Assembly: GCA_951406725.2 (NCBI GenBank)
Contig: OX597820.1
Coordinates: 72,478,001-72,542,000 of the forward strand
DNA: 64,000 nt
Origin: Octopus vulgaris
Taxonomy: Eukaryota
Direction: 5' to 3'
Shown: positions 1 through 11,479 of the stretch, piece by piece
How the letters are laid out: each line of letters starts with the position of its first letter
Position numbering within the stretch: position 1 is the stretch's first letter
Notes under the pieces: model-generated
Seen by the model: only the letters and a program-made list of their open reading frames with translations
Database searches by the model: none
What the model was told of the DNA's origin: nothing
Made by a program: the position numbers and the translations under genes

Positions 1-420
1 CCAGTATTCCTTGAGTTGGTGTTTATAAATGTATTCCATAACAGAGGGATTTTCTAAGTTTATTTGTGGATAGCCATTTTTGCAGATGGCATTGTAAATT
101 GCTTTAGCAACAACACTGTGGCACATAGGGAGGTAATACAGTGACGACATTTTAGGACAGCTGCTAATCACACATGTAATGTCTTCCTCAGAAACATGAA
201 ATAGCCTACATATGTGGCTGCACCTTGGGATTACAAGAGTGTCACTGTCTCTCAACAGGTATTTTGTGGCAATCTCCTGTTCCTGGATTGAAAACACATT
301 GTTTTCAAAGTGTAATGTGATGTAGTGGTCTTGTGTCCAAGAGAGGCTGCACTTTGTATCAGTTCTACTGTCTTCTCCAAGCTTCTGGGCAACATGCCCA
401 TGCATGGTCTTTTTTGTATG
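1..420 (-). mobile_element. R4/Dong-clade (restriction-like endonuclease) non-LTR retrotransposon fragment, post-RT and zinc-knuckle region; runs off the window start
   Basis: Manual translation of the minus strand is open: KKTMHGHVAQKL...DTKCSLSWTQDHYITLHFENNVFSIQEQEIATKYLL...CRLFHVSEEDITCVISSCPKMSSLYYLPMCHSVVAKAIY. This matches the R4-type K.LHG / EG.I.AIQ(D/E)Q / CRLC..E...H..S.C / RH..VAK pattern, with a decayed knuckle. Confidence 0.75.
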
Positions 421-835
421 TATGTACGTATATATATACATGTGTGATTGTGTGTGTGTCTTGTGTTTGCAACCCACCACTGCTTGACAACTAGTGCTGG
501 TTTGTTTACATCCCCGTAGCTTAGCAGTTCAACAAAAAGAGTTTGATGGAATAAGTTTCAGACTTAAACAATTACTGGGCTTGACTTATTTGACTAAAAC
601 CTTGAAGGTAGTGCTCCAGTATGGCTGCAGCCCAATGACTGAAACAAAGATAAAAGATAGGGATACCCATTTATTTATATTCTATAAAAAGGAAATAAAA
701 TAAAATAAAATAAAGTGTTTGGTGTTAGGAAGAACATCCAGCCATAGAACTATTCCAAAACAGACAATTGGAGCCAGGACAGCTCTATGGATGGCCGGAA
801 AAAAGACATTAAACGATGATGATGATGATGATAAC

Positions 836-1180
836 CATCAATATCATCAACATCGTTTAATGTTCATTTTCCATGCTGGCATGGGCTGAACGGTTCGACT
901 GGAGTTTGGGAAGCCAGGAGGCTGCACATTGCCCCAATCTGATCTGGCAGTGTTTCTACAGATTGATGCCCTTCCTAACACCAACCACTCTGAGAGTGTA
1001 GTGGGTGCTTTTTATGTGCCACCGGCACAGGGGCCAGAGAAGCTGGCATCGACCACAATCGGATGGTGGTTTTTTTATGTGCTACTGGCATGGAAGCCAG
1101 TCAAAGTGGCACTGGCATTTGGATGGTGCTTTTTACATGCTACCGGCACGGGGATCACAACTACAATTTCCATTTGACAG
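836..1180 (-). mobile_element. RTE LINE 3' UTR fragment with (GAT)n tail
   Basis: Same sequence family as the 3' UTR of the RTE at 43450-44062 (gatgcccttcctaacaccaaccac; gtagtgggtgctttttatgtgccacc). Confidence 0.75.
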
Positions 1181-1184
1181 TAGT

Positions 1185-1372
1185 TTTGTGGGGAAGGGAA
1201 GAGTCAATTACACTGACCCCATTCTTCAACTGGTACTTATTTAATCAACTTTGAAAGGATGAAAGTCAAAGTCGACCTTGGCAGAATTTGAACTCAGAAC
1301 ATAGCAACAGATGAAATGCCACTAAGCATTTCACTCGGCTTGCTAACAATTCTACCAGCTCGCCACCTTAAT
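1185..1372 (-). mobile_element. SINE family B (tRNA-like head plus Deu/Nin-like central domain)
   Basis: Minus strand reads ggcgagctggtagaattgttagc...gagttcaaattctgcc (A/B-box-like) then gactttcatcctttc...aagtaccag; homologous to 34548-34940. Confidence 0.7.
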
Positions 1373-1827
1373 AATGATAATAGTAATAACAATCACATCC
1401 TAGCTATTAATTTAAAAGCCATATAACATTTTTTGACAAGGCATTTTCAGAAATTGAGACTGGTCTCTGATGACTCTGACATATAGCCTTAGTAATTATT
1501 TGTCAGGAATTAATGGACACTCAGCTAAAATTATTTCTGCAATGATGTTATAGTTAAAATGATTTTTACTCAATTTCCATTTTCTTCCAAGTAGAAAGTT
1601 CCTTTTGTGGTCATTTATTTCATTTCATTTCATTATAGAAAACTATTAGCTGCAAATATTTCAGGTATCTTTTCAGATACACATTTGATATCGAAAAGTA
1701 AAGATACACTAATGTTTACGGAATAACATAGGGAATATCTAGTTTATACTACATCAGAAAAATTTCATTAATATATATATATATATATATAGATAGATAG
1801 ATATATACATGCATATATATATGTATA

Positions 1828-2217
1828 TAGGCGCAGGCATGGCTGTGTGGTATGAAGTTTGCTTCACAAACAAATGGTTCTGGGTTCAGTCCACTGTGTG
1901 GCACCTTGGGCGAGTGTCTTCTACTATAGGTTCAGGCCGACCAAAGCTGTGTGAGTGGATTTGGTAAATGGAAACTGAAAGAGGCCCATCATATATGTGT
2001 GTGTGTGTGTGTCCGTGTTTGTTCCCCCACCATTGCTTGACAACTGATATTGGTGTGTTTACATCCCTGTAACTTAGGAGTTCAGCAAAAGAGACCGATA
2101 GAATAAGTGCTAGGCTTACAAAGAATAAGTTCTGGGGTGAAATTGTTCGACTAAAGGCAGTGCACCAGAATGGCCACTCTCAAATGACTGAAACAAGTAA
2201 GAGAATAAAAGAATAAA
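1828..2217 (+). mobile_element. SINE family A (tRNA head, CORE-like domain, internal TA/TG microsatellite), full length
   Basis: Box A tggctgtgtgg, box B ggttcagtcc, CORE-like accttgggcgagtgtctt, 3' end gactgaaacaagtaagagaataaaag; more than 20 related copies or fragments in the window. Confidence 0.85.
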
Positions 2218-2244
2218 AAAATACAATCCAATTTTCATTCTATA

Positions 2245-2607
2245 TAATGGTTGTATGGTTAAGAAGCTTGCTTTGTAACTTCTTGGTTTTGGGTTCAGTA
2301 CCACTGTGCAGCTGTTTGGGTGAGTGTCTTTTACTAAAGTTCTGGACTGACAAAAACTCTGTGAGGGAATCTGGTAGAAGGAAACTGTAAAAAGCACCTG
2401 TGCTGGCACCATATACAAAGCACCTAGTCCACTCTGTAAAGTGGCTGGTGTTAAGAAGGGCATCCAGTTGTAGAAACCATGTCAAAACAGATGACTAGAG
2501 CCTGATGCAACCTCAAGTTTCGTAGCTCCTGTCAAACCATCCAGCCAATGCCAACATGGAAAATGGCAGTTTAATGATGATGATGATGATAATGATGATG
2601 ATGATGA
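2245..2607 (+). mobile_element. SINE with family-A head/CORE and an RTE-derived 3' tail
   Basis: Decayed family-A head up to ggaaactg, then RTE 3' UTR motif gtggctggtgttaagaagggcatccag and a (GAT)n tail. Confidence 0.65.
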
Positions 2608-2976
2608 CAGGAGTGGCTGTGTGGTAAGTAGCTTGCTTACCAACCACATGGTTCTGTGTTCAGTCCCAATGCGTGGCACCTTGGGAAAGTGTCTTCTGCT
2701 ATAGCTTTGGGCCAACCAAGGCCTTGTGAGTGGATTTGGCAGATGGAAACTGAAAGAAGCTCATCGAATATATGTATATATGTGTGTGTGTGTGTTTGTC
2801 CCCCCCCCCAACATTGCTTGACAACTGATGCTCTTGTGTTTACGTGCCCATAACTAAGCGGTTTGGCAAAAGAGACTGATAGAATAAGTACTAGGCTTAC
2901 AAAGAATAAATCCTGGGGTCAATTTGGCGGTGCTCCAGCATGACCGCAGTCAAATGACTGAGACAAGTAAAAGAGT
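2608..2976 (+). mobile_element. SINE family A, near full length
   Basis: ggagtggctgtgtggtaagtagcttgcttacc...accttgggaaagtgtctt...gactgagacaagtaaaagag. Confidence 0.85.
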
Positions 2977-3374
2977 ATATATTTTTTAACATGAGCACAT
3001 GTGATTGAAAAGATTAAATGAAAGCGTTCACATCATCATCATCATTATTTAGTATCTGCTTTCCATGTTGGCATAGGTTAGATGGTTTGACTTGAAGAAA
3101 TGCAAGCTGGGAGGCTGCACCATGCTCCAGTCTGATCTGGCAAGGTTTCTACAGCTTGATGCCCTCCCTAATGCCAACCACTTTGAGAGCGTAGTGGGTG
3201 CTTTTTCATGTGCCAAAAACACTTCTTCCCTAAAAAAGGTTAGTAACATCCCCATAAAAGATTTCATAACATTTCTTAAAAAAATAATGTTTTTAAAAAA
3301 ATCACCTTTACACTTCAGAAAATGTATTAAGGAATTCTCATAGACTTTCAAATATATATATATATATATATATA

Positions 3375-4467
3375 TCATCATCATCATCATCATCATCATT
3401 TAGCGTCCGTTTTCCATGCTAGCATGGGTTGGACGGTTCAACTGGGGTCTGGGGAGCCCGAAGGCTGCACCAGGCCAGTCAGATCTGGCAGTGTTTCTAC
3501 AGCTGGATGCCCTTCCTAACGCCAACCACTCCGAGAGTGTAGTGGGTGATTTTATGTGCCACCGACACAGGTGCCAGACGAGGCTGGCGAACGGCCACGC
3601 TCGGATGGTGTTTTTATGTGCCACCGACACAGGTGCCAGACGAGGCTGGCAGACGGCCACGCTCGGATGGTGTTTTTATGTGCCACCGACACAGGTGCCA
3701 GATGAGGCTGGCGGACGGCCACGATCGGATGGTGTTTGTTACGTCCCCAAAGCACGGAGGCCAGTCTATGTGGTACTGGCTACAGCCACGTTCGGATGAT
3801 TTTCTTGTGTGCCACCGGCACTGGTACACAAAGATACAAATTCCATTGATGTTCATCTATTTTGATTTGTTTTGATTTGATTTTCACTTGCCTCAACAGG
3901 TCTTCACAAGTGTCACAAGAAGGAAGGTATGCACAGGTGGACTGACTACGTCCCAGGTAGGGGCCACGGGTTATGGCCTGACTAGTCTTGCCGGGTCTTC
4001 GGATGGTGTTTTTATGTGCCACCGACACAGGTGCCAGATGAGGCTGGCGAACGGCCACGATCGGATGGTGTTTGTTACGTGCCCACAGCACGGAGGCCAG
4101 TCGATGCGGTACTGGCTACGGCCACGTTCGGATGGTTTTCTTGTGTGCCACCGGCACTAATTTCCACAAAGATACAAATTCCATTGATGTTCATCTATTT
4201 TGATTTGATTTGATTTGATTTGATTTTCACTTGCCTCAACAGGTCTTCACAGGTCTTCACAAGTGTCACAAGAAGGAAGGAAGGTATGCACAGGTGGACT
4301 GACTACGTCCCAAGTAGGGGCCACGGGTTATGGCCTGACTAGTCTTGCCGTGTCTTCGGTTGGTGTTTTTATGTGCCACCGACACAGGTGCCAGATGAGG
4401 CTGGCGAACGACCACGATCGGATGGTGTTTGTTATGTGCCCACATCACAGAGGCCAGTCGATGCGGT
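3375..4467 (-). mobile_element. RTE LINE 3' end (young subfamily) with tandemly reiterated 3' UTR
   Basis: (CAT)n on + is the (GAT)n tail; nearly identical to 30768-31410 and 42890-43421; internal 62-bp repeats and a ~340-bp block repeated about 2.3 times. Confidence 0.85.
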
Positions 4468-4524
4468 ATATATACTTGAAAGTCTATGAGAATTCCTTAA
4501 TACATTTTCTGAAGGTTAAAGGTG

Positions 4525-4563
<39 letters not shown>

Positions 4564-5688
4564 AACACAAATTAAATGTATATGTTGAAGTGAAACTAAC
4601 AGTTTTTGTGTGTTCTTAAATGGCTTACAAGCGTCTTCCATGCAGCAATTGGCAATTGTTTTCGTGTCAGCATACGATCTCAGATCAAGTCACTTGCTAT
4701 GCAAGTACATCTGCGTAATATATATATATGTATATGTATGTGTTTCAGTTAAAAGGTTTCATTTGGAATCAAGGTACATGAACATGTAGAATGTTAACCA
4801 ATAGGCAGTAAAATCTCACAGAGCAGACAGATACCATTTATACAGAATAGGAAAACTGTTGTTGGGTAATTCTAGCTGGAAAACCAGAGAGGCATGGATT
4901 GACTGTGTTTAAATTAGTCTGAGAAGTTTGGAAACCTGTGTAATGCATGATGAAATGTATTATTAAATAAAGTTTTCTGATGAAACAATTGCTGCAAATT
5001 TAAACTCCATTCATTAGTTTTTAATTACACACACACACATTCAATAGTCAACATTTAAAGTGGTGAACAACTTAAATTATTTCCCTATTACAAATTATAA
5101 GATGAAAATAATCAACTACTAAAGACGAAGAAATATTTTATAAAAATTCTAAACCTGAAACTAAACCAGAGACACAGGTATGGCTGTGTGGTAAGAAACT
5201 TGCTTCCCAACCACATGGTTCTAGGTTCAGTCCCACTGCGGGGCACCTTGCGCAAGTGTCTTCTGCTATAGCCTCGGGCCGACCAAAGCCTTGTGAGTGG
5301 ATAAGGTAGACGGAGACTGAAAGAAGCCCGTCGTATATATGTATATGTATATGTATGTGTGTGTGTGTGTGTGTCTGTGTTTGTCCCTGCCACCAGTTCA
5401 ACCAGGGTCTGGGAAGCCAGGAGGCTGCACCATGCTCCAGTCTGATCTGGCAGTGTTTCTACAGCTGGATGCCCTTCCTAATGCCAACCACTCCGTGAGT
5501 GTAGTGGGTGCTTTTTACATGCCACCGTAACGGGTATCACAACTACAAGTTCCATTTGATTTTTATTTTGATGTTGATGTACTTGCCTCAATAGGTCTCC
5601 TCAAGCACAGCAGGCCGATATATATATATATACACACATATATATATATATATATATACACATATATATATGCATGTGTGTATGTATG

Positions 5689-5735
<47 letters not shown>

Positions 5736-7869
5736 ATATATATTCAGAGAGAGAGAGAGGTACATGTGTGTGTATCTTTGTATGTGTCAAGTGTTGCTGA
5801 TGGGTTACAAGCACAAGCACACACACACAGTGGGGCTTTCACGACAGTTTCCATCTACCAAATCCACTCATAAGGCACTGGTCAAGCTGGAGCAATAGGA
5901 GAAAGTACTTGGCCTGAGGTGCTGCACAGTGGGACTGAACCGAAAAAAAAACCACGTGGTAGCAAAATCGGCTTCTTAACCAGACAGCCATGCCTGGAAA
6001 TTCTAGAATTCCGTGTCAAATTGCAGAAAACTTTTAGATTGATAAGAAGCTGAAGAAGGAGGAGGAGGAGGAGGGGAAGAAGGAGAAGAAGAAGAAGGTT
6101 CTTGTGCTATTTACTACATTTAATGATGTAAGGTCATATGTTATTGTCAGATTGAATAGCTTTATGGTTTCATTGTCATGCTTGCTTTACTAGCGGATGT
6201 ACTATTATTCTGCTCAAAACATGACCTTTTATTATCTGTCAATGATGATGGACGGGGCCATTGATATTTTTGATTGACACCAAAATAAAATGTGGAACTG
6301 TCATCTCTTCACATCACAATTCCTTCAAAAGTTCTCAGCACATTTTTCTGTTTTACTTTCCAACTTTAAACTTTTTCTTTCCTTCTGACAGGTATATTAA
6401 AGTCTGCGTCATTACAGCATTTATTTCTTGCGGTGGTGCCTTGAAGTTCCTTTTATTATAACAGACTACATTTACTAGAATTAAGCAATGCTCTTCTAAT
6501 ATTATCGGATTTAAGGAGGTAGGAGATATTCTAACAATTTTGAAAAATATCAAAACAAGAATCTATTTTTAGTTTGAAGCAAAGAATAAGTATTTATAGA
6601 AGTTTTGAACATTTTAATACATAACAGGGTTTTTTTCCTAATTTTTGTTATTTTGTAATTTACTGCTTTTCCTTCTACTTACTTCAGTCATCACACTGTG
6701 GCAATACTGGAGCAACACTTTGAAGAATTTATTGTTAAATGAATCGAACCCAATACTTTATTTATTTTAAGCCTCGTATTTATCAGTCTCTTTCCCTAGA
6801 CTGCTAAATTATGTGTGTATATATCGCGCGTGTGTATGTTTGTATGTGAGGGGTGCAATTAGATGTATGTATGTATGCATGAATGGTTCTAGGTAGATTC
6901 CAATATGGTAAATTCCACTACGGTAAATTTCACTATAGGTAATATGAATACATTTTAGATCAAATTTTATTCACACATTAAGATAAAAATGACAGCTAGC
7001 ACATAAAAATAAAGTCATGAGAAAAGCTTTCTTTTATGACAAATTGCAAGCAATATTTCTTAAAGATTACAGAGCATTTTCAGATTGATAATTCTCAACT
7101 AACTTTTTTAGTCGTGCATCAATCATTTGATAGGACTTTTTTTTTTGTTGTTGTTGAGTCTCCATGTCAAATGTGTGCAATCTCCATCTGGCTTCTTCAG
7201 TGTTAAGGGCATTGTAAAGTTTCCACAAATTTGGATGTGTGGATGTTTTCAATGACTGCAAAGCATTGTGGAACCCTTCTACCAAATTATTTGCTCTTGG
7301 CAAGTCATTTAAAATGCAGTCGTGTATATTACAGAGTTGGAGAGGAAACTGCGAGGCTTCTCTTCATTGACGAAGACCACGTCCCCTTACAGTCCCAATG
7401 TATGAATTCTCAAAATAAGTGATAAACTCAGAAGGGATGCTTTCATCACCAGACAAATCTTCAAATCCATTGACAATGTCTTCATTTGGTAAAAATGCTA
7501 AAGCGCAAAAACATTTAATTTTAAGCTGAAAACTTTCGTCTGTGTTGTATCTCCTACTCTTACCAAGTGCACATGCCTTCTGCAAAATAAACTGTCTGAG
7601 ATGAAAAACACACCCAACTACTTCTAAATGCAGAAATACAGAAACAAATGAGTTATGGAGAGCTTTAGTCTTTAGTCCATGAGACAGGTGGAATGTTGAC
7701 AATTTGCACTTAAATTCTGCACAGAAGACAGAACTCGATGATACGAGCCAAATAGCCTGGGTACTCATAACCCTCCGGCAGTGATATGTAGCATGAAAAG
7801 CTGACACTACAAACTAGGAGACAACTTAAAAGTCCCATCATAAGCCCAATTTTCAGAGCTTTCTCAATC

Positions 7870-8172
7870 ATCCAATCTTCACTCCTGCTCCAGAGCGTGG
7901 GCTGTGGGGTCACTCCAAAAAGCTCTATCTATGATGATTTCATCTCAATTGAAGGAGAGGGGCATTCTCCGTCCGGGTTGTGAATCCATGGAATAAGTTG
8001 CTGGACGAGATAGTGAAGATGCCGATGACCGCTCGGTTCAAAGTCTCTCTTGACCGGAAATGGCCTGAACTCTTTGTATGACCATCTTCCCTGTATATAA
8101 CTCCCTGTCCCCCTACATGGCCTTGCTTTTGCTTTTTGAGCCAATAAAAATTAAATTAAATTAAATTAAAAT
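7870..8172 (+). mobile_element. CR1-clade LINE 3' end nested in the MULE (5' limit uncertain)
   Basis: Plus strand translates to ERGLWGHSKKL...RRGAFSVRVVNPWNKLLDEIVKM...RFKVSLDRKW, a typical CR1 ORF2 C-terminus; short 3' UTR and (TAAAT)n tail. Confidence 0.8.
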
Positions 8173-8755
8173 TTTTTCTCAGGAAAAACTAAAATTCTGT
8201 CTGAGTCATCAATGCCACTGTCAAAAACTAAAAAACAAGGATCCAGTTTCTAACTAATTAACTGCATCAACAAGTTGGAACGACAAGTTGGAAGAGTTAG
8301 GATTCCTAAAGCATGCTGCCTCTAATTACATATGTTACGTGAAAGTCCAGGAATAGTTTGCAACAATGGTTGTGCTTCCTCACTGAGATTTTGTACAGCA
8401 GCAGCTGTTACTTCCAGTGAAGATACTGTGCCCGTTCTCATAACTTCACTTTTCATTGAAGTAACTGCCTTTCGGGTATTAACGTGTTCACTGCTTGCTG
8501 AGTGATTATGGGAACCTGTTGAAAAAATAACTTCTGATATACTGGACTTGAAAGTTGTATGTAACCTATTCCAGCAACCTTTGTAAAAAACGTTTACATT
8601 GCCAATATATTTTTTTTGCTACTGTTAACTCCATTCTTTCCGTATATATGATTCTCTTCACTGCAAAGCTTATGTTTGCTCTTCTCTGATGTTATAAATG
8701 GTCAAGGGTTTCTAAGTTCAAAGTTAAACTGAATAGAAAAAAAATTAGCAGTACA

Positions 8756-9165
8756 TAGGTGCATGAGTGGCTACGTTGTAAGTAGATTGCTTACCAACCA
8801 CATGGTTCTGGGTTCAGTCCCACTGCATGGCACTTTGGGCAAGTGTCTTCTACTATGGCTTCGAGCCTACCAAAGCCTTGTGAGTGGATTTGGTAGACGG
8901 AAACTGAAAGAAGCCTGTCGTTTATATGTATATACATATATATTTATGTGTATATGTTTGTGTGTCTGTGTTTGTCCCACAACATCGCTTGACAACCAAT
9001 GCTGGTGTGTTTACATCCCTGTCATTCAGCAGTTCAGCAAAAGAGACGGATAGAATAAGTACTAGGCTTACAAAGAATAAGTCCTGGGGTCGATTTCTTC
9101 GACTAAAGGTGGTGTTCCAGCATGGCCATAGTCAAATGACTGAAACAAGTAAAAGAGTGAAAAAA
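8756..9165 (+). mobile_element. SINE family A, full length, nested in the MULE
   Basis: Head, CORE-like domain and tail all match family A. Confidence 0.85.
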
Positions 9166-9214
9166 TACAATGAAATTCAATTAAAAAATTAGTAACAATG
9201 GCATAAAACTATAC

Positions 9215-9623
9215 TTTAACTAATGACTAATTAGATTAGAAGTATGTAACGAGGGTGCATGTAATTTGTTTTCTATAGACTGCTTACTGTAGTCGAATTT
9301 ACCTAAGTGGAATATATCGCACTGAATATTATCTAAAGTGAAATTTTCCGAATGGAATTTAACTAACGACTAATTAATTGAGAAGTGTGTAACAAGGGTG
9401 CATGTAATAGGTCTTCTACAGACCATTTACCTGTAGTTGAATTTACCTTAGCAGAATATACCACACTGAATTTTACCGATAGAGAAATTTTCCAAGTGGA
9501 ATTTAACTTACGCCTAATTAGTTAAGAAGTGTGTAATGAGGGCGTGTGTAATTAGTTTTCTATAGATCATTATTTTCCAAGTAGAATTTACCATAGTGAA
9601 ATTAACCAGAGTGGAATTTACCG
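9215..9623. repeat. Subterminal tandem repeats of the MULE-like element (about three ~145-bp units containing ~15-bp subunits)
   Basis: Recurring ttaactaa.gactaatta...agaagtgtgtaa.gagggtgcatgtaat followed by runs of gtggaatttacc-like 15-mers. Confidence 0.75.
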
Positions 9624-9969
9624 CTCATGGCATGAACAGGTTTCACCCATGCACATCAAATCTATTCAAATAAAGGGCTTTATGATATTTGTTTGTGACA
9701 GGGTTACATACATTCCCTTGTCACTCCCACTCACAGAAATACAGTGAACCAGTGATTAGTCCATTGGAACCCTGTGACTGATGACACTATTGTTAACAAA
9801 TTTCAGTATAAAATTAAGAACTATCAGTTAAAATTGAAAACCACTTTGTAAACGATAATTCCTGGCTGGCATTATGATAATTCTTTGTAATTTTGATACA
9901 AGGCCAGCAATTTTGAGGGGAGGGGGCAACTCAGAATGTATAAGTCCAGAAAAAGCACTATGTAAAAAT

Positions 9970-10440
9970 AATCCTTCCAATTATAGGTGCAAAGCTTGCA
10001 GTTTTGAGGAAGGGGGCTCATTAGCTACATCAATTTCAGTGCTCAACTGGTACTAATTTTATCAACCTCAAAAGGGATGAAAGGGTCAAAGTCAACCCTG
10101 ATGGAGTTTGAACTCAGAACATAAAAAGCCACAAGAAATACTGCTAAGCATTTTTATTTCTTTGTTGCCCACAAGGGGCTAAACATAGAGGGGACAAACA
10201 AGGACAGACAAAGGGATTAGGTCGATTACATCGACTCCAGTTTGTAACTGGTACTTATTTAATCAACCCCAAAAGGATGAAAGGCAAAGTCGACCTCGGC
10301 GGAATTTGAACTCAAAACGTAGCGGCAGACGAAATACCACTAAGCATTTCGCCCGGCGTGCTAACAATTCTACCGGCTCGCCGCCTTGCTGCTAAGCATT
10401 TTGTCTAGCATGCTAATGGTTCTGCCAGCTTGCTGTATTA
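9970..10440 (-). mobile_element. SINE family B copies (one nested in an older one)
   Basis: 10153-10387 is a well-preserved copy (aaaggatgaaaggcaaagtcgacctcggcggaatttgaactc) interrupting an older copy, with gctaagcatttt repeated on both sides. Confidence 0.75.
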
Positions 10441-10469
10441 ATAATGATGATGATGATGATGATAATTAC

Positions 10470-10712
10470 TACGATAATACCAGTAATGATTGGTGCATTG
10501 GGAATGATAAAGAAGGGAGCTGAGAAGTATATTAGGCAACTCTCTGGTAACTCTAATCTCCGTGAACTACAAAAGATAACCTTGATGGGTACAGACCATA
10601 TATTATGGAAAAAAGCAAAACAAAAGTGCCCTTGCTACTCTTGGCCTCCGGAGGATGCCTGGTACTAAGGTAGCTGAAATAAAGTTATAATGAAAAGAAA
10701 CCATAAATGATG

Positions 10713-10747
<35 letters not shown>

Positions 10748-11186
10748 GATAGAGAAATTATGGCTAATAGGCTGGATATAGTTGTCAGAAATTATCAAGA
10801 AAAAAAAAACTTTCTAATTGATGTATCAATATCAACAGATGACAATGTTTCTCTAAAAGGAAGGGAGAAACTTTCAAAATACAAAGATATGGAAGTAGAA
10901 GTAACTCGAATGTGGTGTCTAAAAACAGAAGCAATTCCTATCATAGTAGGCACATTAGGTATGATAACAAAAATATTCAGACAAATACATAACAAAAAAC
11001 ACCAGGACTAACAAGTATATATAACATACATAAAATAGCACTACTAGGTACTGCACACATCCTACATAAAACACTTTCAATACAGTGAAAATAAGAGCAT
11101 CACAACAAGCCACAGCACATACCCAAGGCACACAGAGCTGTGCTCGGTAGTGCAGTGAAAGCACATGATAAAAATAAGACTACTGA
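10470..11186 (+). mobile_element. Two consecutive R4/Dong-type 3' fragments (restriction-like endonuclease C-terminus plus 3' UTR)
   Basis: IIPVMIGALGMIKK...LQKITLMGTDHIL and ANRLDIVV...LIDVSISTDDNV..K.REKLSKYKDMEVEVTRMW...IPIIVGTLG (PD..D-type RLE motifs); each bordered by (AAT)n/(GAT)n. Confidence 0.8.
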
Positions 11187-11244
11187 ATAATAACAATAAC
11201 AACAACAACAACAACTTTTATTATTATTATTATTATTATTACTA

Positions 11245-11448
11245 TAATTCTTTCTGCAATAGACACAAGGCCTGAAATTTGAAGGAAGAAACTAGCCAAT
11301 TACATTGACCCCAGTATTTCACTGGTACTTAATTTATTGATCTCAAAAGGAGGAAAGGAGAAGTTGACCTTAGTGGAATTTTAATTCAGAATGTAGCGAC
11401 AGGCAAAACACCATTAAGCAGTTCATCCAGTGTGCTAACGATTCTGCC

Positions 11449-11450
<2 letters not shown>
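11245..11450 (-). mobile_element. SINE family B, decayed
   Basis: cacaaggcctgaaattt...actggtacttaattt...aaggaggaaagg...ctaacgattctgcca; flanked by (TTA)n and (AAT)n. Confidence 0.65.

Positions 11451-11479
<29 letters not shown>

Larger units (their letters stand above)
6885..9630 (-). mobile_element. Decayed Mutator-superfamily (MULE/Phantom-like) DNA transposon with nested insertions
   Basis: Minus-strand fragments VVGCVFHLRQ, CALAFLPNEDIVNGFEDL...ITYFENSYIG, PRANNLVEGFHNAL...HPNLWKL, LVFDSGIDDSDRILVF, and FLYWCH-like YWQCKR near 8590-8607. Inverted termini ggtaaattccactacggtaaatttcactat (about 6907-6936) and atagtgaaattaaccagagtggaatttacc (about 9593-9622). Confidence 0.8.

Noticed and set aside
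3548-3730. 62-bp direct repeats resembling a CRISPR array
   Set aside because: Head-to-tail repeats without unique spacers, inside the RTE 3' UTR and repeated in sister copies; eukaryotic context and no cas genes.
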